Positions 39,475-50,309 of a stretch of 64,000 nucleotides of DNA are shown piece after piece (within the stretch, counting starts at the first letter, position 1; every line of letters starts with the position of its first letter). The notes below the pieces were generated by a model, which was not told the origin of the DNA, searched no databases, and saw nothing but the letters and a program-made list of their open reading frames with translations. The position numbers and the translations under genes were made by a program. The stretch is from an uncultured Gammaproteobacteria bacterium (lineage in GTDB: Bacteria; Pseudomonadota; Gammaproteobacteria; JACCXJ01): assembly GCA_963764725.1 (NCBI GenBank), contig CAVXTM010000016.1:192001-256000 (forward strand). The letters are read 5' to 3'.

Positions 39475-41841
39475 ATGGAAAATCCATTAACTACTAGAGA
39501 GCTGGCGCTGATGAACGCCTATTGGCGAGCCTGTAATTACCTTTCGGTAGGGATGATCTATCTCAAGGATAACCCGCTGCTCAAGGAGCCAATGAAAACA
39601 GAAGATGTGAAGCACCGGTTGTTGGGCCACTGGGGCGCGAGCCCGGCGCTGTCCTTTGTCTGGGTGCATCTCAACCGGATGATCGTCAAACACGACCTCG
39701 ATGTGATTTTCGTCGCCGGTCCCGGCCATGGCGCGCCGGGGGTGTTGGGGCCGACGTATCTCGAAGGCACCTACTCCGAGATCTATCCGGACAAGAGCGA
39801 AGATGCGGAAGGGATGCAGAAGTTCTTCAAGCAGTTCTCGTTTCCCGGCCATATCGGGAGTCACGTCACTCCGGAAACGCCGGGCTCCATCCATGAAGGC
39901 GGCGAGCTCGGTTATAGTCTCTCGCACGCCTACGGCATGGCGCTCGACAACCCCCATTTGATCGTCGCCTGCGTGGTGGGTGACGGCGAAGCGGAAACCG
40001 GGCCACTCGCTACAGCGTGGCATTCCAACAAATTCATCAATCCCGTGCGCGACGGCGCGGTGCTGCCGATCCTGAACTTGAACGGCTACAAGATCGCCAA
40101 CCCGACGATCCTCTCACGGGTCAGTCACGAGGAGTTGGAAGCGCTGTTTGTCGGCTACGGCTACAAACCCTATTTCGTGGAAGGGGACGACCCGACGGCC
40201 ATGCACCACAAAATGGCCGCCACGTTGGAAGAAACGATCGGCGAGATCCGCGCCCAGCAGAAAACCGCGCGAGAATCGAACAACACCTTTCGGCCGCGCT
40301 GGCCGATGATCGTGTTTCGGTCCCCCAAGGGTTGGACCGGGCCGAAGGAGATCAGAGGACACAAGGTCGAAGGTTTCTGGCGCTCGCATCAGGTGCCCTT
40401 TGCCGATGTGCGCGACAATCCAGCGAACCTAAAGCTCTTGGAAGACTGGATGCGTAGCTACAAGCCCGAGGAGTTGTTCGATGCCAACGGCAAGCTCGTG
40501 CCCGAACTCAAAACGCTGGCGCCCAAGGGAGGTCGGCGCATGAGCGCCAACCCCCATGCTAACGGCGGGCTATTGCGCAAAGAACTCAAGCTTCCTGACT
40601 TTCGCAAATACGCCGTCGATGTTCCTACCCGCGGCGCGGTGGCATACGAGAACACCAAACCGCTGGGCGAGTACCTGCGCGACGTAATGAAGAATAACAT
40701 GACTAATTTCCGCGTGTTCGGGCCGGACGAGACCGCCTCTAACCGGCTGCAGGCTATCTACGAGGTGAGCAAGAAAACCTGGATGGCGGAAATGTTGCCG
40801 GAGGACGCCGACGGAGGCGAGCTCTCCCGCGATGGCCGTGTCATGGAAATGCTTTCCGAGCACACTTTGCTAGGCTGGCTTGAGGGATACCTGCTGACCG
40901 GGCGGCATGGGTTTTTTCACACCTATGAAGCCTTTGCCCACGTCATCGATTCCATGTTCAACCAGCACGCCAAGTGGCTGGACATGTGTAAGAACCACGT
41001 CCCGTGGCGTGTCTCGGTCGCTTCCGAGAATATCCTGCTGTCGTCCACGGTCTGGCGCCAGGACCATAACGGGTTTTCTCATCAGGACCCTGGATTCATT
41101 GATCTTGTTACCAACAAAGGCCCATCGGTCACACGTATTTATCTGCCGCCCGACGCCAACACCTTGCTGTCGGTCGTAGATCATTGTCTGCGTTCGACCG
41201 ACTACATCAACGTCATCGTGGCCGACAAGCAGAAGCACCTGCAGTTCACCACCATCGACGAGGCGATCATTCACTGCACCAAGGGCATCGGCATCTGGGC
41301 GCGGGCGAGCACTGACGCGGGCGAGGAGCCGGATGTGGTTTTGGCTTCCTGCGGCGACGTGGCCACCATGGAGGCGTTGGCCGCAGCCGCTATTTTGCGC
41401 GAGCGAGCGCCCGATCTAAAATTGCGCTTCGTTAACGTGGTGGATCTGTTCAAGCTGCAGCCGGCATCCGAGCATCCGCATGGGTCAACGGATCGCGAGT
41501 TCGACAGCCTGTTCACGACGGACAAGCCGATCATCTTTAACTTCCACGGCTACCCCTGGCTCATCCACAAGCTCTCGTACCGTTTCAAGGGGCATGACAA
41601 CCTGCACGTGCGCGGCTACAAGGAAAAAGGCAATATCAATACTCCGCTCGAGCTGGCGATGCTGAACGAAACCTCGCGCTTCCACCTGGTGATGGACGTG
41701 ATCGATCGGGTGCCGAAGCTGCGCACGAAGGCTACGCATCTAAAGGAGGAGATGAAGAACGCCATCGTAGACAATCTGCGCTACGCGCACGAGCAAGGCA
41801 CTGACCGATCCGAGCTTGCCAACTGGACCTGGCCGTACTAG
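39475..41841 (+). CDS. xfp: Xylulose-5-P/fructose-6-P phosphoketolase
   Basis: [16 protein letters not shown] motif GDGEAETG...[32 protein letters not shown]. Confidence 0.97.
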   Translation: MENPLTTRELALMNAYWRACNYLSVGMIYLKDNPLLKEPMKTEDVKHRLLGHWGASPALSFVWVHLNRMIVKHDLDVIFVAGPGHGAPGVLGPTYLEGTYSEIYPDKSEDAEGMQKFFKQFSFPGHIGSHVTPETPGSIHEGGELGYSLSHAYGMALDNPHLIVACVVGDGEAETGPLATAWHSNKFINPVRDGAVLPILNLNGYKIANPTILSRVSHEELEALFVGYGYKPYFVEGDDPTAMHHKMAATLEETIGEIRAQQKTARESNNTFRPRWPMIVFRSPKGWTGPKEIRGHKVEGFWRSHQVPFADVRDNPANLKLLEDWMRSYKPEELFDANGKLVPELKTLAPKGGRRMSANPHANGGLLRKELKLPDFRKYAVDVPTRGAVAYENTKPLGEYLRDVMKNNMTNFRVFGPDETASNRLQAIYEVSKKTWMAEMLPEDADGGELSRDGRVMEMLSEHTLLGWLEGYLLTGRHGFFHTYEAFAHVIDSMFNQHAKWLDMCKNHVPWRVSVASENILLSSTVWRQDHNGFSHQDPGFIDLVTNKGPSVTRIYLPPDANTLLSVVDHCLRSTDYINVIVADKQKHLQFTTIDEAIIHCTKGIGIWARASTDAGEEPDVVLASCGDVATMEALAAAAILRERAPDLKLRFVNVVDLFKLQPASEHPHGSTDREFDSLFTTDKPIIFNFHGYPWLIHKLSYRFKGHDNLHVRGYKEKGNINTPLELAMLNETSRFHLVMDVIDRVPKLRTKATHLKEEMKNAIVDNLRYAHEQGTDRSELANWTWPY

Positions 41842-42155
41842 CGAGTGACGCGGTCGAGTAACGAGTGACGAGTGGCAAGTTGGCGAGGACAACAAGAAAG
41901 AAGAGCATCGATGAAAATCTTTTTGGTTTGTGCGAAGTGGGAAACGTGGGGCGGCTGGCACGATGCTGTGGCAGGGGTGAGCCCCACTGGGTCCGGTTTC
42001 CCTCATTCATGCGGGTCGACCAGCTCCTCTCCCCTCGACCCGTCCGCGTCGGTTCCATGGCGGGCCGCCCGGAACGCGACCTTTTACAGGACCCCGGTCG
42101 GGCACACAATTGGCCTGCCAATGTTCACTGATGCAACGGTTGTGGAACGATCCTT

Positions 42156-43617
42156 ATGAAAGTCCATGTAAAGCGCCTGCCGATCGAGCTCGAGCCGGAT
42201 TCGAGCCGCGTCATCACCCGGTTCTTTGGACCGGGAGAGGAGAACCGGATCCGCGACATTATCGGGCGGTTGCTCGCGATTCCCGAAGCGACCGTCGCGA
42301 CCCTGCTGGCCAACCTCGAGCGCGACTTCCGGCCGATCCACTCGAACATCGACGACATCTTTCGCGAGCACTATGCGACCGTCAAACATCACATTGCAAA
42401 CCAGGGTGCGGTCAGCGAGGTGCGACAGCGGTTCATCGGCGCCTGCTTCACCATGGAGTATGCGATCGAGTCAGCCGCCTTGTTCAATCCGTCGATGGTC
42501 CCGGCCATCGACCAATCCAACGTGCCGCCGGGGTCGGTTCGCTTCCTCATGAGTCTGCGCGCAACCGGCGAGGGGCATCTTTCATCCATTGTCTTTCGGC
42601 GGGGCCTGGTCGATGCGGATGGCTCGGTCACCGTTGACCCGCCCGGCCGGTACAGCCGGCCGCTCCGGGCGACCATTCCGGACTCATTTCGAAAAGGCTG
42701 ACTTCATTCGGCAATTGCAAGCGCTCGATGCGTGGACCAAACACGCACAGGCGATCTTAGGCCGGCTTGGCGACCGATTTACGCGGGCCGAGCTTTCCAG
42801 CGCCATCGACGAAATCCGGAAACAGGCGGCGGTCTCGGGCGAGTCGGAGGAATCCAACGATGCTCTGCTCGCCCTGACCCAGGCGAACTACCAGATTCCA
42901 CTGCCGCCAGGCACAGATATTTCCGAGGTCGTCATCTTCCCGTATTCCGATAACGAACGACGCGGAATTGAGGATCTGCGACTCGTCCGCTTTACCGGCG
43001 ACGACGGATCGGTTCACTACTACGGGACCTACACCGCCTACAACGGTTTTCGAATCTTTCCCCACCTGCTCGAGTATCCAGTCGGCCAGAACGTCGAGAT
43101 CCACATGCTCACCGGTCGTTGTGCGAAGAACAAGGGAATGGCCTTGTTTCCGCGAACGATTCGCGGCCGGTATGCGATGATCGCCCGGCTGGACAACGAG
43201 AACCTCTACTACATGGAGTCGGACGATGTGCGCGTCTGGGACGAGGCCCGGCTGTTGCGCGGCCCGGAATTCCCATGGGAGGTGATCCAGATCGGCAATT
43301 GCGGCCCGCCGATCGAGACCGAGGCGGGATGGCTGCTCTTGACCCACGGCGTTGGCCCGATGCGCCAATACTGCATCGGCGCAATCCTGCTGGACCTGGA
43401 CGATCCCTGCCGGGTGATCGGCCAAACCAGCGAGCCCCTGCTCGTTCCAACCGGAAAGGAGAGATTCGGTTATGTCCCAAACGTCGTCTACTCGTGTGGC
43501 GGAATGATCCATGCGGGCAAGTTGATACTTCCTTACGCGATGAGCGACTTGGCGACCAGCATCGCCGTCATCGACCTGCAGGAGTTGCTGGATTCCCTCG
43601 CATCGCAGAGGCGGTGA
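42156..43617 (+). CDS. Glycoside hydrolase family 130 protein (frameshift near 42695)
   Basis: SAALFNPS, RATGEGHLSSI, GIEDLR, TYTAY, NKGMALFP, WLLLTHGV, GYVPNVVYSCG. Confidence 0.85.
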
Positions 43618-43620
43618 ACT

Positions 43621-45283
43621 GTGAATATTTATCCAGGCGACGTCTACAAGCCGCGCATGTATGCGCTGGCCCCGGACGAGGCCGCGGCGACGAGGACTGC
43701 CGGGATGCTGTTCCGCCGGGGATTCGCCTATGTCGGCCGCGCCGCGGACAACCCCGGCCAAAAGGGCGGCTTCGCCGTTTCCACAGGGGGGAGAGAATTC
43801 GTGGCCGAGGCGCCGCCTACGCCGCCCAGGACGGCCTCGCCCCTTCCCCAGCCGCCCTGAAATAGTAAAATTCTCCAAAAGGATCCCCGTGACGGCCCCC
43901 AATACCTCCATCCGCCTCTCCCACCCCCTCGTCCTCCAACCCGTGGAGAGCCCCAAGTCTTGGGGAGGGGAAACCTGGCTCAACGCCACCCAAAAGGACG
44001 GCCCCGCGCGGGTGGCGAACCTCCCCGGCGCGCCCACCCTGGCCGAAACGGTCAAAAACCGGCCTGAAATCCTGGGAAAATGGGCCCGCCTGCTGTTCGG
44101 GGATGACGTGCCCATCTTCACCAAGTTTTTGTATACAAACTTCCCGCCGCTCGTCCATATGGGATTCTGCAATCAATTGAATAAAAAAGATTTTTTTAGT
44201 CTTCTTGAAGTAGAGCAGGATATCCTCCGCCGGCTGTATTCTTTCCTCAAAATCGGGGATGAAGCGGCTTTCAAAAGCTTCCAAAAGCTTTACGAAGTTT
44301 GGGCGGTGGACCAATCCCTCAAACGCTGGCGCGATCCCGGCCGGGACAAGCCGTTTTTGGCCGCCCTTGCCCCATTCCTGCGTCCCGGGGCGCCCGCCGA
44401 CATGCCCCGCCTCCTGGAATCCCTGCGGGAGAACCGCGCCCGCATCGTGGAGGCCCTCAACGAAGTGGATTTGACCCGGGAGATAGGGAACCTCCTGCTT
44501 TCCGAGGCGGGGATCGCCCACGCCATCTTCGGCCTGTCCCACCAGACGCACCCCTTGGACGGCGCCAAACGGGCCTTGCAGGGCCTGTTCCGTACGTTAG
44601 GCGAGCTTTCCAAGCAAGGCGCGCCGGAAAGCGTCCTAAAAAAGGCCGTCCGGGAAGCCAGCCTGCCGGAACTGCGCCGGAAAAACGCCGGCGACCCCAA
44701 GAGCGAGGCCTGGATCCCGGTTCGTCTGAACGGGCGCCTGGCCCTGGTGGAGCCCCAACAGACCTCCAACGTCACCTATAGCTTCGCGGACTTCTATACG
44801 CCCTTCACGTGGAAGAACGGCGTCGCCTTCCGCAAAGGGGACGCGGCCCAAGGCGTGGCGCGCGCGGACCTGGAGGCTTTCACTAACTCCATTGATTTTT
44901 CCGTCACGCCCGTCGATGGATTGCGGCGCAAGCCCGTTTCGGTGGACGCGGGGAAGGACGCCAAAAATGCCGCTCTGTTCCGGCTTGTGGACGAGCCCGA
45001 AACGTGGCCGTTTTTTACGACCTATCGGTTGGATCTCCAGGGGTCCGCCGCCGCCGAGGCTTCTTGGAAAGGCCGGCCGTCCCGCGGCGCGTTCCAGCAA
45101 ATCGTCGTGGTGGAGGGGGAGATTGCCTTATCCCATGCCGGTTTTGAGGAGACCCAATTGACTCCGAACGTTCCGGTGTTCGTCCCGGCCACTCTCGACG
45201 GGGATTACACTCTGTCGGCGCGGGGGCCGGCGAGTCTCCTGCTGTTCAGCGTCCCGGTGCCCAAAACTGGAGAGGAGGCCTAG
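43621..45283 (+). CDS. Mannose-6-phosphate isomerase type I-like cupin protein with rearranged motifs; 5' end uncertain (possible frameshift near 43860)
   Basis: LQPVESPKSWGG, TLAE, PIFTKFL, AHAI, LSHQTHP, KSEAW, EPQQTSNVTY, C-terminal cupin; adjacent to PMM. Confidence 0.7.
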
Positions 45284-45284
45284 G

Positions 45285-46982
45285 ATGGATTCCTCCCCCC
45301 GGCCCCCGGCGTTCCTGAGCTATACCCCCGTGCCGCTGCAGTTCGGCACCAGCGGCCTCCGAGCCCTCGTCAAAGACATCACGGACCTGGAAGCGTACAT
45401 CAACGCCAAAGGTTTTGTCCGCTACGCCCTGCGCGCGGCCGACGTGAAGCCGGGCGACACGGTGGTCCTAGCCGGCGACCTCAGGCCCAGCACGGACCGC
45501 ATCCTGGCCGCCGTGGCCACGGCCGCGCGCGATGCGGGCTTGAGCGTGGAATACGCGGGCAGGATCCCCACCCCGGCCTTGACCTACTACGCCATGCGAA
45601 CGGGCCGCGCCAGCGTCATGGTGACGGGCAGCCACATCCCCTTCGACCGGAACGGGATCAAATTTAACAAGACGCGGGGCGAGGTGCTCAAGGCGGACGA
45701 GGCGGGCATTTTGGAGGAGGTGGCCGCGGTGCGGCGCGAGGAGTACGGCCGGAACGGGGAGGAATCCGCCTTCGACGCGGCCGGCACGGTAAAGCCGGGG
45801 CGACGCGCGCCCCTGCCCCCGCTTAACGCGGAAGCCGAAGAGTCTTACGTCCGGCGCTATCTCGATGCTTTTCCCAAGGACTGCCTGAAGGGCCGGCGGA
45901 TCGCGGTTTACCAGCATTCGGCGGTGGGACGGGACGCGCTCGTCCGCATCTTCAAAGCCCTGGGCGCCGACGCGGTCCCGGCGGGGCGCAGCGACACCTT
46001 CATCCCCATCGACACGGAGAACATCACCGACGAGCAACTGGACCGCCTGGAGGCCCTGGCCAAAGAAGCGGGAGGCCCCGTGGAAGCCGTGGTCTCCACC
46101 GACGGCGACAGCGACCGGCCCCTGCTGGCGGCCGTGGACCGCGCGCCCGACGCCCGCGGCCGGCGCGTCCGATTCTACGGCGGCGACCTCCTGGGCGCGG
46201 TGGTGTCGGACTTCCTGGCGGCGGACCTCTGCGTCACGCCGGTCAGCGCCAACGACGCGGTGGAACTGGACTTGGCGCGGCGCGGCGTCCGCCTTCTCAA
46301 GACCCGCATCGGTTCGCCCTACGTCATCCAGGCCATGGAGGAATCCAAGGCCGGGGGCGGCTATGCGCGGATCACCGCCTGGGAAGCCAACGGTGGGTTC
46401 CTCACCGGCACGGACATCGCCCTGCCCGGCGGGGTTTTGAAAGCCCTGCCGACCCGCGATGCGGTGCTGCCTCTCCTCGCCGCGCTCCTGGCCGCCTGGG
46501 GCAAGGGCCTCACGCTGCCGGACCGCTTCGCGCAGCTTCCGCCCCGCTTCAGTAAAGCCGGGCTGCTGGACAATTTTCCCGTGGAGACCAGCCGGAAAAT
46601 CGTCTCGCGTTTTTCCATCCCCGGCGGCGCCGCGGACGAAGCGGCCTTTGAGGGGGGGAACGTCCTGCTCGCCGGCAAGGACGGCGCCAAGCGCCCCGCG
46701 CCGACGGATGCGGCCAACGCCTTGAAGGAATCCAAACGCGTCCTGGAATCCGTCTTCTCCCCGGCGCGCGGGTTCGACGGCCTCGTCCGGCTCAACGCGG
46801 TGGACGGCATCCGCCTTTACTTCGCCAACGGGGACATCGCCCACGTGCGTCCTTCAGGCAACGCGCCCCAGCTCCGCGTCTACGCTGTGAGCCGCAACCA
46901 GGCCCGGGCGGATGAAATCGTCCGCCTCGGACTGACCGAGCCCGACGGGCTGCTGCGCCGCCTCGCCCAAGCCGCCGGCTGA
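45285..46982 (+). CDS. Phosphomannomutase (alpha-D-phosphohexomutase family)
   Basis: FGTSGLR, MVTGSHIP..RNGIKF (phospho-Ser), metal loop DGDSDRP, WEANGG, RPSGNAPQLR. Confidence 0.92.
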   Translation: MDSSPRPPAFLSYTPVPLQFGTSGLRALVKDITDLEAYINAKGFVRYALRAADVKPGDTVVLAGDLRPSTDRILAAVATAARDAGLSVEYAGRIPTPALTYYAMRTGRASVMVTGSHIPFDRNGIKFNKTRGEVLKADEAGILEEVAAVRREEYGRNGEESAFDAAGTVKPGRRAPLPPLNAEAEESYVRRYLDAFPKDCLKGRRIAVYQHSAVGRDALVRIFKALGADAVPAGRSDTFIPIDTENITDEQLDRLEALAKEAGGPVEAVVSTDGDSDRPLLAAVDRAPDARGRRVRFYGGDLLGAVVSDFLAADLCVTPVSANDAVELDLARRGVRLLKTRIGSPYVIQAMEESKAGGGYARITAWEANGGFLTGTDIALPGGVLKALPTRDAVLPLLAALLAAWGKGLTLPDRFAQLPPRFSKAGLLDNFPVETSRKIVSRFSIPGGAADEAAFEGGNVLLAGKDGAKRPAPTDAANALKESKRVLESVFSPARGFDGLVRLNAVDGIRLYFANGDIAHVRPSGNAPQLRVYAVSRNQARADEIVRLGLTEPDGLLRRLAQAAG

Positions 46983-47003
46983 GCTTCTCCATTTCCCGCC
47001 GAT

Positions 47004-47037
47004 AAAAAACCCGCGGCCGTTCGGTCTGCGGGTTTTT
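47004..47037 (+). terminator. Rho-independent terminator
   Basis: AAAAAACCCGCGG...CTGCGGGTTTTT stem-loop just after the PMM stop. Confidence 0.8.
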
Positions 47038-47059
47038 GTCGTCATAGGTTGTGCGGCAA

Positions 47060-47343
47060 TCCAGTCGGACGCCATCTGGTGGTCGATTGTTCGAGGGAAT
47101 GCGCCCGCTCCTGATCGTGATGATGCTGGGTAACTTTCTCCAGATCGTGATCTGGTGAGCTATTGTCATCTGGTTGGAGGAGTTCTACGAGCTATATGAG
47201 GCTGTCTTCCATTCGGCAGTGAATTTCACATCACTTGGCTATGGCGACGTGGTGATGAGCCCCCGATGGAAGTTGCTGGGTCCCCTCGAGGCAGCCAATG
47301 AGATACTAATGTTAGCAATCACGGGGGCGGCTTTATGGCGATC
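47060..47343 (+). pseudogene. Degraded ion channel (Ion_trans_2) fragment
   Basis: MLGNFLQIVIW*...HSAVNFTSLGYGDVVMS..WKLLGPLEAAN; contains stops and is cut by the repeat. Confidence 0.75.
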
Positions 47344-47716
47344 GTCTTCGCAGCGGGCAGTCAACCTCTGGTGGTCGAATCGCGCCATGGCGAGATTAGG
47401 CCACGGCCCGAGCGTCAAACGACAGGACTAGCTGCCCGGATCACAGCGTTGGCCCTTCTCGATGAACCCTTGAGGTGACAGTTGCCTTTATCGCTTAGCG
47501 CAACGCTGGGGTATGGGTGCGAGCATTACCGCCACGGCCCGAGCGGACGCTCACACGCAGGCGGGTACCGTGATGATGCGATGCCGAGCAAGGTGCGAGG
47601 ATCTGCAAGCACGTCAAGACAAGGATGGCAAGGTGCTGAGCCGCAGGATGCGTTCGGTGCTCGAAGAGGTCTCCATAGGCCCCTCCGTGGTTCCACGAAG
47701 CTCAACCGCCGTAACC
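47344..47716. repeat. Dispersed element, copy 2 (longer internal region)
   Basis: Same ends as copy 1 (GTCTTCGCAGCGGG ... CCGCCGTAACC), with an internal direct repeat GCCACGGCCCGAGCG. Confidence 0.9.
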
Positions 47717-48878
47717 CCCGACTAGCGCTGCCGGAGCGTACGGTGCGAAAACCGAGATGATTGGTCCCGGTGCTGATTTCCCCTTTGCCGCGGGTTCCCA
47801 CCATGTAGCGCGAGCAGTACTGGTCGGTGCAGAGGAACGACCCGCCGCGATGCACGCGCTTTTTCTCCGTCGGCTCCGACGGGTCGTAGGGCGAGTCTGG
47901 GCCCTTCGGATTGCGCACGACACCGCCAGCCGCCACCAGTTGCGCGTAGTAATCGGGCCGATACCAGTCGCTCGTCCACTCCCACACGTTCCCGCCCACG
48001 TCATAGATCCCGTACCCATTGGCGGCAAACTGCGCTACCGGCGCGATGCCTAAGAACTTATCCGCGCCCGTGTCCTGGTTCGGGAAGTGCCCTTGATGGA
48101 TATTGGCCATCCACTTGCCGCCTTTCATAAACTCATCGCCCCAAGGAAACACTTTGCCGCTCAGGCCGCCGCGCGCCGCAAACTCCCACTCCGCCTCGGT
48201 GGGCAACCGCTTGCCTGCCCACCGGGCGTAGGAAACGGTGTCTTCGTAGGCGATGTGCACAACGGGGTAGTTTTCCCGGCCCTTTAGATCGCTCCTAGGT
48301 CCGAGCGGATGGCGCCAGTCCGCGCCTTTGACATAGCTCCACCACTGGAAATGATCGTTGAGCGGGACGGCATGATCCGGGGGTGAAAAAACCACCGAAC
48401 CCGCCACCAGGTTTTCGGGCGGCGCGCCGGGATAATCCTCGGCCTTTGGTGTGCGCTCAGCGACAGTGACGTAGCCGGTCGCCTTCACGAATTTCTCAAA
48501 CTGCTCGTTGGTTACTTCAGTTTTGTCCATCCAGAAGCCATCGACATAGACGCGATGGATCGGGCGGGAGTCCGTGGTCGCCTGCATACCGACGTCGTTC
48601 ATCCCCGGCGGATCCGCCGCCCCCATGGAGAATTCGCCGCCGGGGATCCAGACCATGCCGTCGGGTGCCGGGCCGGGCGGTGGAGCGGTGTTGGCCGCGG
48701 TGGGTTGGAAAGAGAGCGACGTCATGGGCCGGGCACCGGACGCTGGGCTGCGTCCAGGGCCCAACCCAACCCTTGAGTCATTAGGAGCACCGCCAGGATC
48801 ACGCCGATCCGCATAGTGTTCGCACGTCCAACAGACGGCTGATGACGACTCTTCAGCGGCGCTGTGGCCATAGACCAT
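47526..48878 (-). CDS. Formylglycine-generating enzyme family protein (SUMF1/FGE-sulfatase)
   Basis: GMVWIPGGEFSMG, KRLPTEAEWEFAARGG, GNVWEW, RGGSFLCTDQYCSRY, NHLGFR. Start uncertain; C-terminus reads into the repeat. Confidence 0.9.
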   Translation of the reverse strand: MVYGHSAAEESSSAVCWTCEHYADRRDPGGAPNDSRVGLGPGRSPASGARPMTSLSFQPTAANTAPPPGPAPDGMVWIPGGEFSMGAADPPGMNDVGMQATTDSRPIHRVYVDGFWMDKTEVTNEQFEKFVKATGYVTVAERTPKAEDYPGAPPENLVAGSVVFSPPDHAVPLNDHFQWWSYVKGADWRHPLGPRSDLKGRENYPVVHIAYEDTVSYARWAGKRLPTEAEWEFAARGGLSGKVFPWGDEFMKGGKWMANIHQGHFPNQDTGADKFLGIAPVAQFAANGYGIYDVGGNVWEWTSDWYRPDYYAQLVAAGGVVRNPKGPDSPYDPSEPTEKKRVHRGGSFLCTDQYCSRYMVGTRGKGEISTGTNHLGFRTVRSGSASRGLRRLSFVEPRRGLWRPLRAPNASCGSAPCHPCLDVLADPRTLLGIASSRYPPACERPLGPWR

Positions 48879-48955
48879 TCCTCGCCTGACAGTTTAGCAA
48901 TTGACCATCGCTCACGGGATGACGAGGCCGTGCTCCTGTCAAAAGCCGGATCGCG

Positions 48956-50209
48956 TCAGGCTGAAACATTGCTAGTAGCGGGGCGATCCGGCGCCGGTTC
49001 CAGCATGCGTGGCGCAAAGCGCTGCGTCAGTACTGGCCCCAGGATGGACGTGACCAGCACCATGATGAGAACGCCGTTGAGCATGCGGCTGTCGAGCAGC
49101 GGCTGACCGGAGGCATTGAAAGTCCTGTACGCGACGAGCGTCGCCGCGAGCGTCGCCGCGACCTGCGGCAGCGTGAGCGACCACACCGTCTTGCGCGCTG
49201 CTGGGGCGTAGCCGAAGGCACGCCCGCAAAACTCCGCCGCGATCCACTTGCCGGCAATGAGCGCACCGATGATGCCCGCCGCGAGGAAGAAATCGTCCGT
49301 GAGGCCACGGGCCAGCGCGAGCGGGTCGATCAGGAAGCCGGTCACGAAGAAGAAGGATGGTATGAACATGGCATTGGCTATAAATTCTAGCTTCGTCTTG
49401 GCCGGCTTATCTTTCACTGCCGCATTGACCGCCAAGCCGGCCAGGAACGTTCCGACGATGCCCGGCAGATTGATGAGCTGAGCAAGCAGCGCCGTCACTG
49501 CGAGAATGCCGAGCATCAGAATGAAATAGGTTTCCTCCTCATCCTCCACTTTCCTCAAGACGTATGCACCGGCACGGCTCAGCCCGAACAGTACGAGAGG
49601 GATGAACACGATGATTTCGATGACCTGGATGGCGAGCCCCGAAGCCGAAAAGCCACTGGCGTACAAAGGCACGCAAATGGCGAACACGAGCAGCGACAAG
49701 GTGTCCGATATCATCGTGGCGCCGATTGCGACAACGATGGGCTCGAGACGGTTCACCCCCAGTTTGGCCACGATGCTCGCACCGAGCAGCGTATGCGAGG
49801 CGAGCAGCGATCCCACAACGATTGCCGGCAGCAGGCCGTAGCCAAGCCAGAGGGCTGCCATCGTGCCCAGGAGCAATGGGACTGAAGTCGTAGCCACACC
49901 GAACACGATCGACCGGGAGATCTGTTGCCGAAACAGTGTCAGGTCTATTTCCAGTCCCGCGAAGAACATCAGCAACAGCATGCCCAGCTCGGAGAAGAAT
50001 TGCACAATCGGGTGCTGGGGAGGAAAAATGTCGAGCACGTGGGGCCCGAACACCACGCCGCTCAGCAGCAGCCCTACTGCCCCCGGCAGGCGGACGCGGC
50101 GCGCGAGTCGCGGAATGATGATGATCAGCAGCATGCCGATCGCAAACCTCGCCAGCGCCGGAAGAAATGCGATCGCCTGATGAAGGTGTTCAAGGACCGA
50201 CATGGTCAC
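48956..50209 (-). CDS. Cation:proton antiporter (CPA2)
   Basis: About 12 TM helices, LLMFFAGLE, LASHTLL, SDTLSL, GTFLAGL. Confidence 0.9.
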   Translation of the reverse strand: MTMSVLEHLHQAIAFLPALARFAIGMLLIIIIPRLARRVRLPGAVGLLLSGVVFGPHVLDIFPPQHPIVQFFSELGMLLLMFFAGLEIDLTLFRQQISRSIVFGVATTSVPLLLGTMAALWLGYGLLPAIVVGSLLASHTLLGASIVAKLGVNRLEPIVVAIGATMISDTLSLLVFAICVPLYASGFSASGLAIQVIEIIVFIPLVLFGLSRAGAYVLRKVEDEEETYFILMLGILAVTALLAQLINLPGIVGTFLAGLAVNAAVKDKPAKTKLEFIANAMFIPSFFFVTGFLIDPLALARGLTDDFFLAAGIIGALIAGKWIAAEFCGRAFGYAPAARKTVWSLTLPQVAATLAATLVAYRTFNASGQPLLDSRMLNGVLIMVLVTSILGPVLTQRFAPRMLEPAPDRPATSNVSA

Positions 50210-50309
50210 TTTCCTGAATCGATCTGGTCTTCATCACACCAGTCGGGCTGAGACACGGTGCCCTCGGCGACCAACGCCTCGCGCCGCAAGCCAGCCACTC
50301 ATGGCGGTC

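Noticed and set aside
42690-42700. Programmed frameshift in GH130 (TTTCGAAAAGG)
   Set aside because: No clear stimulatory structure, and the window has many similar indels; sequencing error is more likely.
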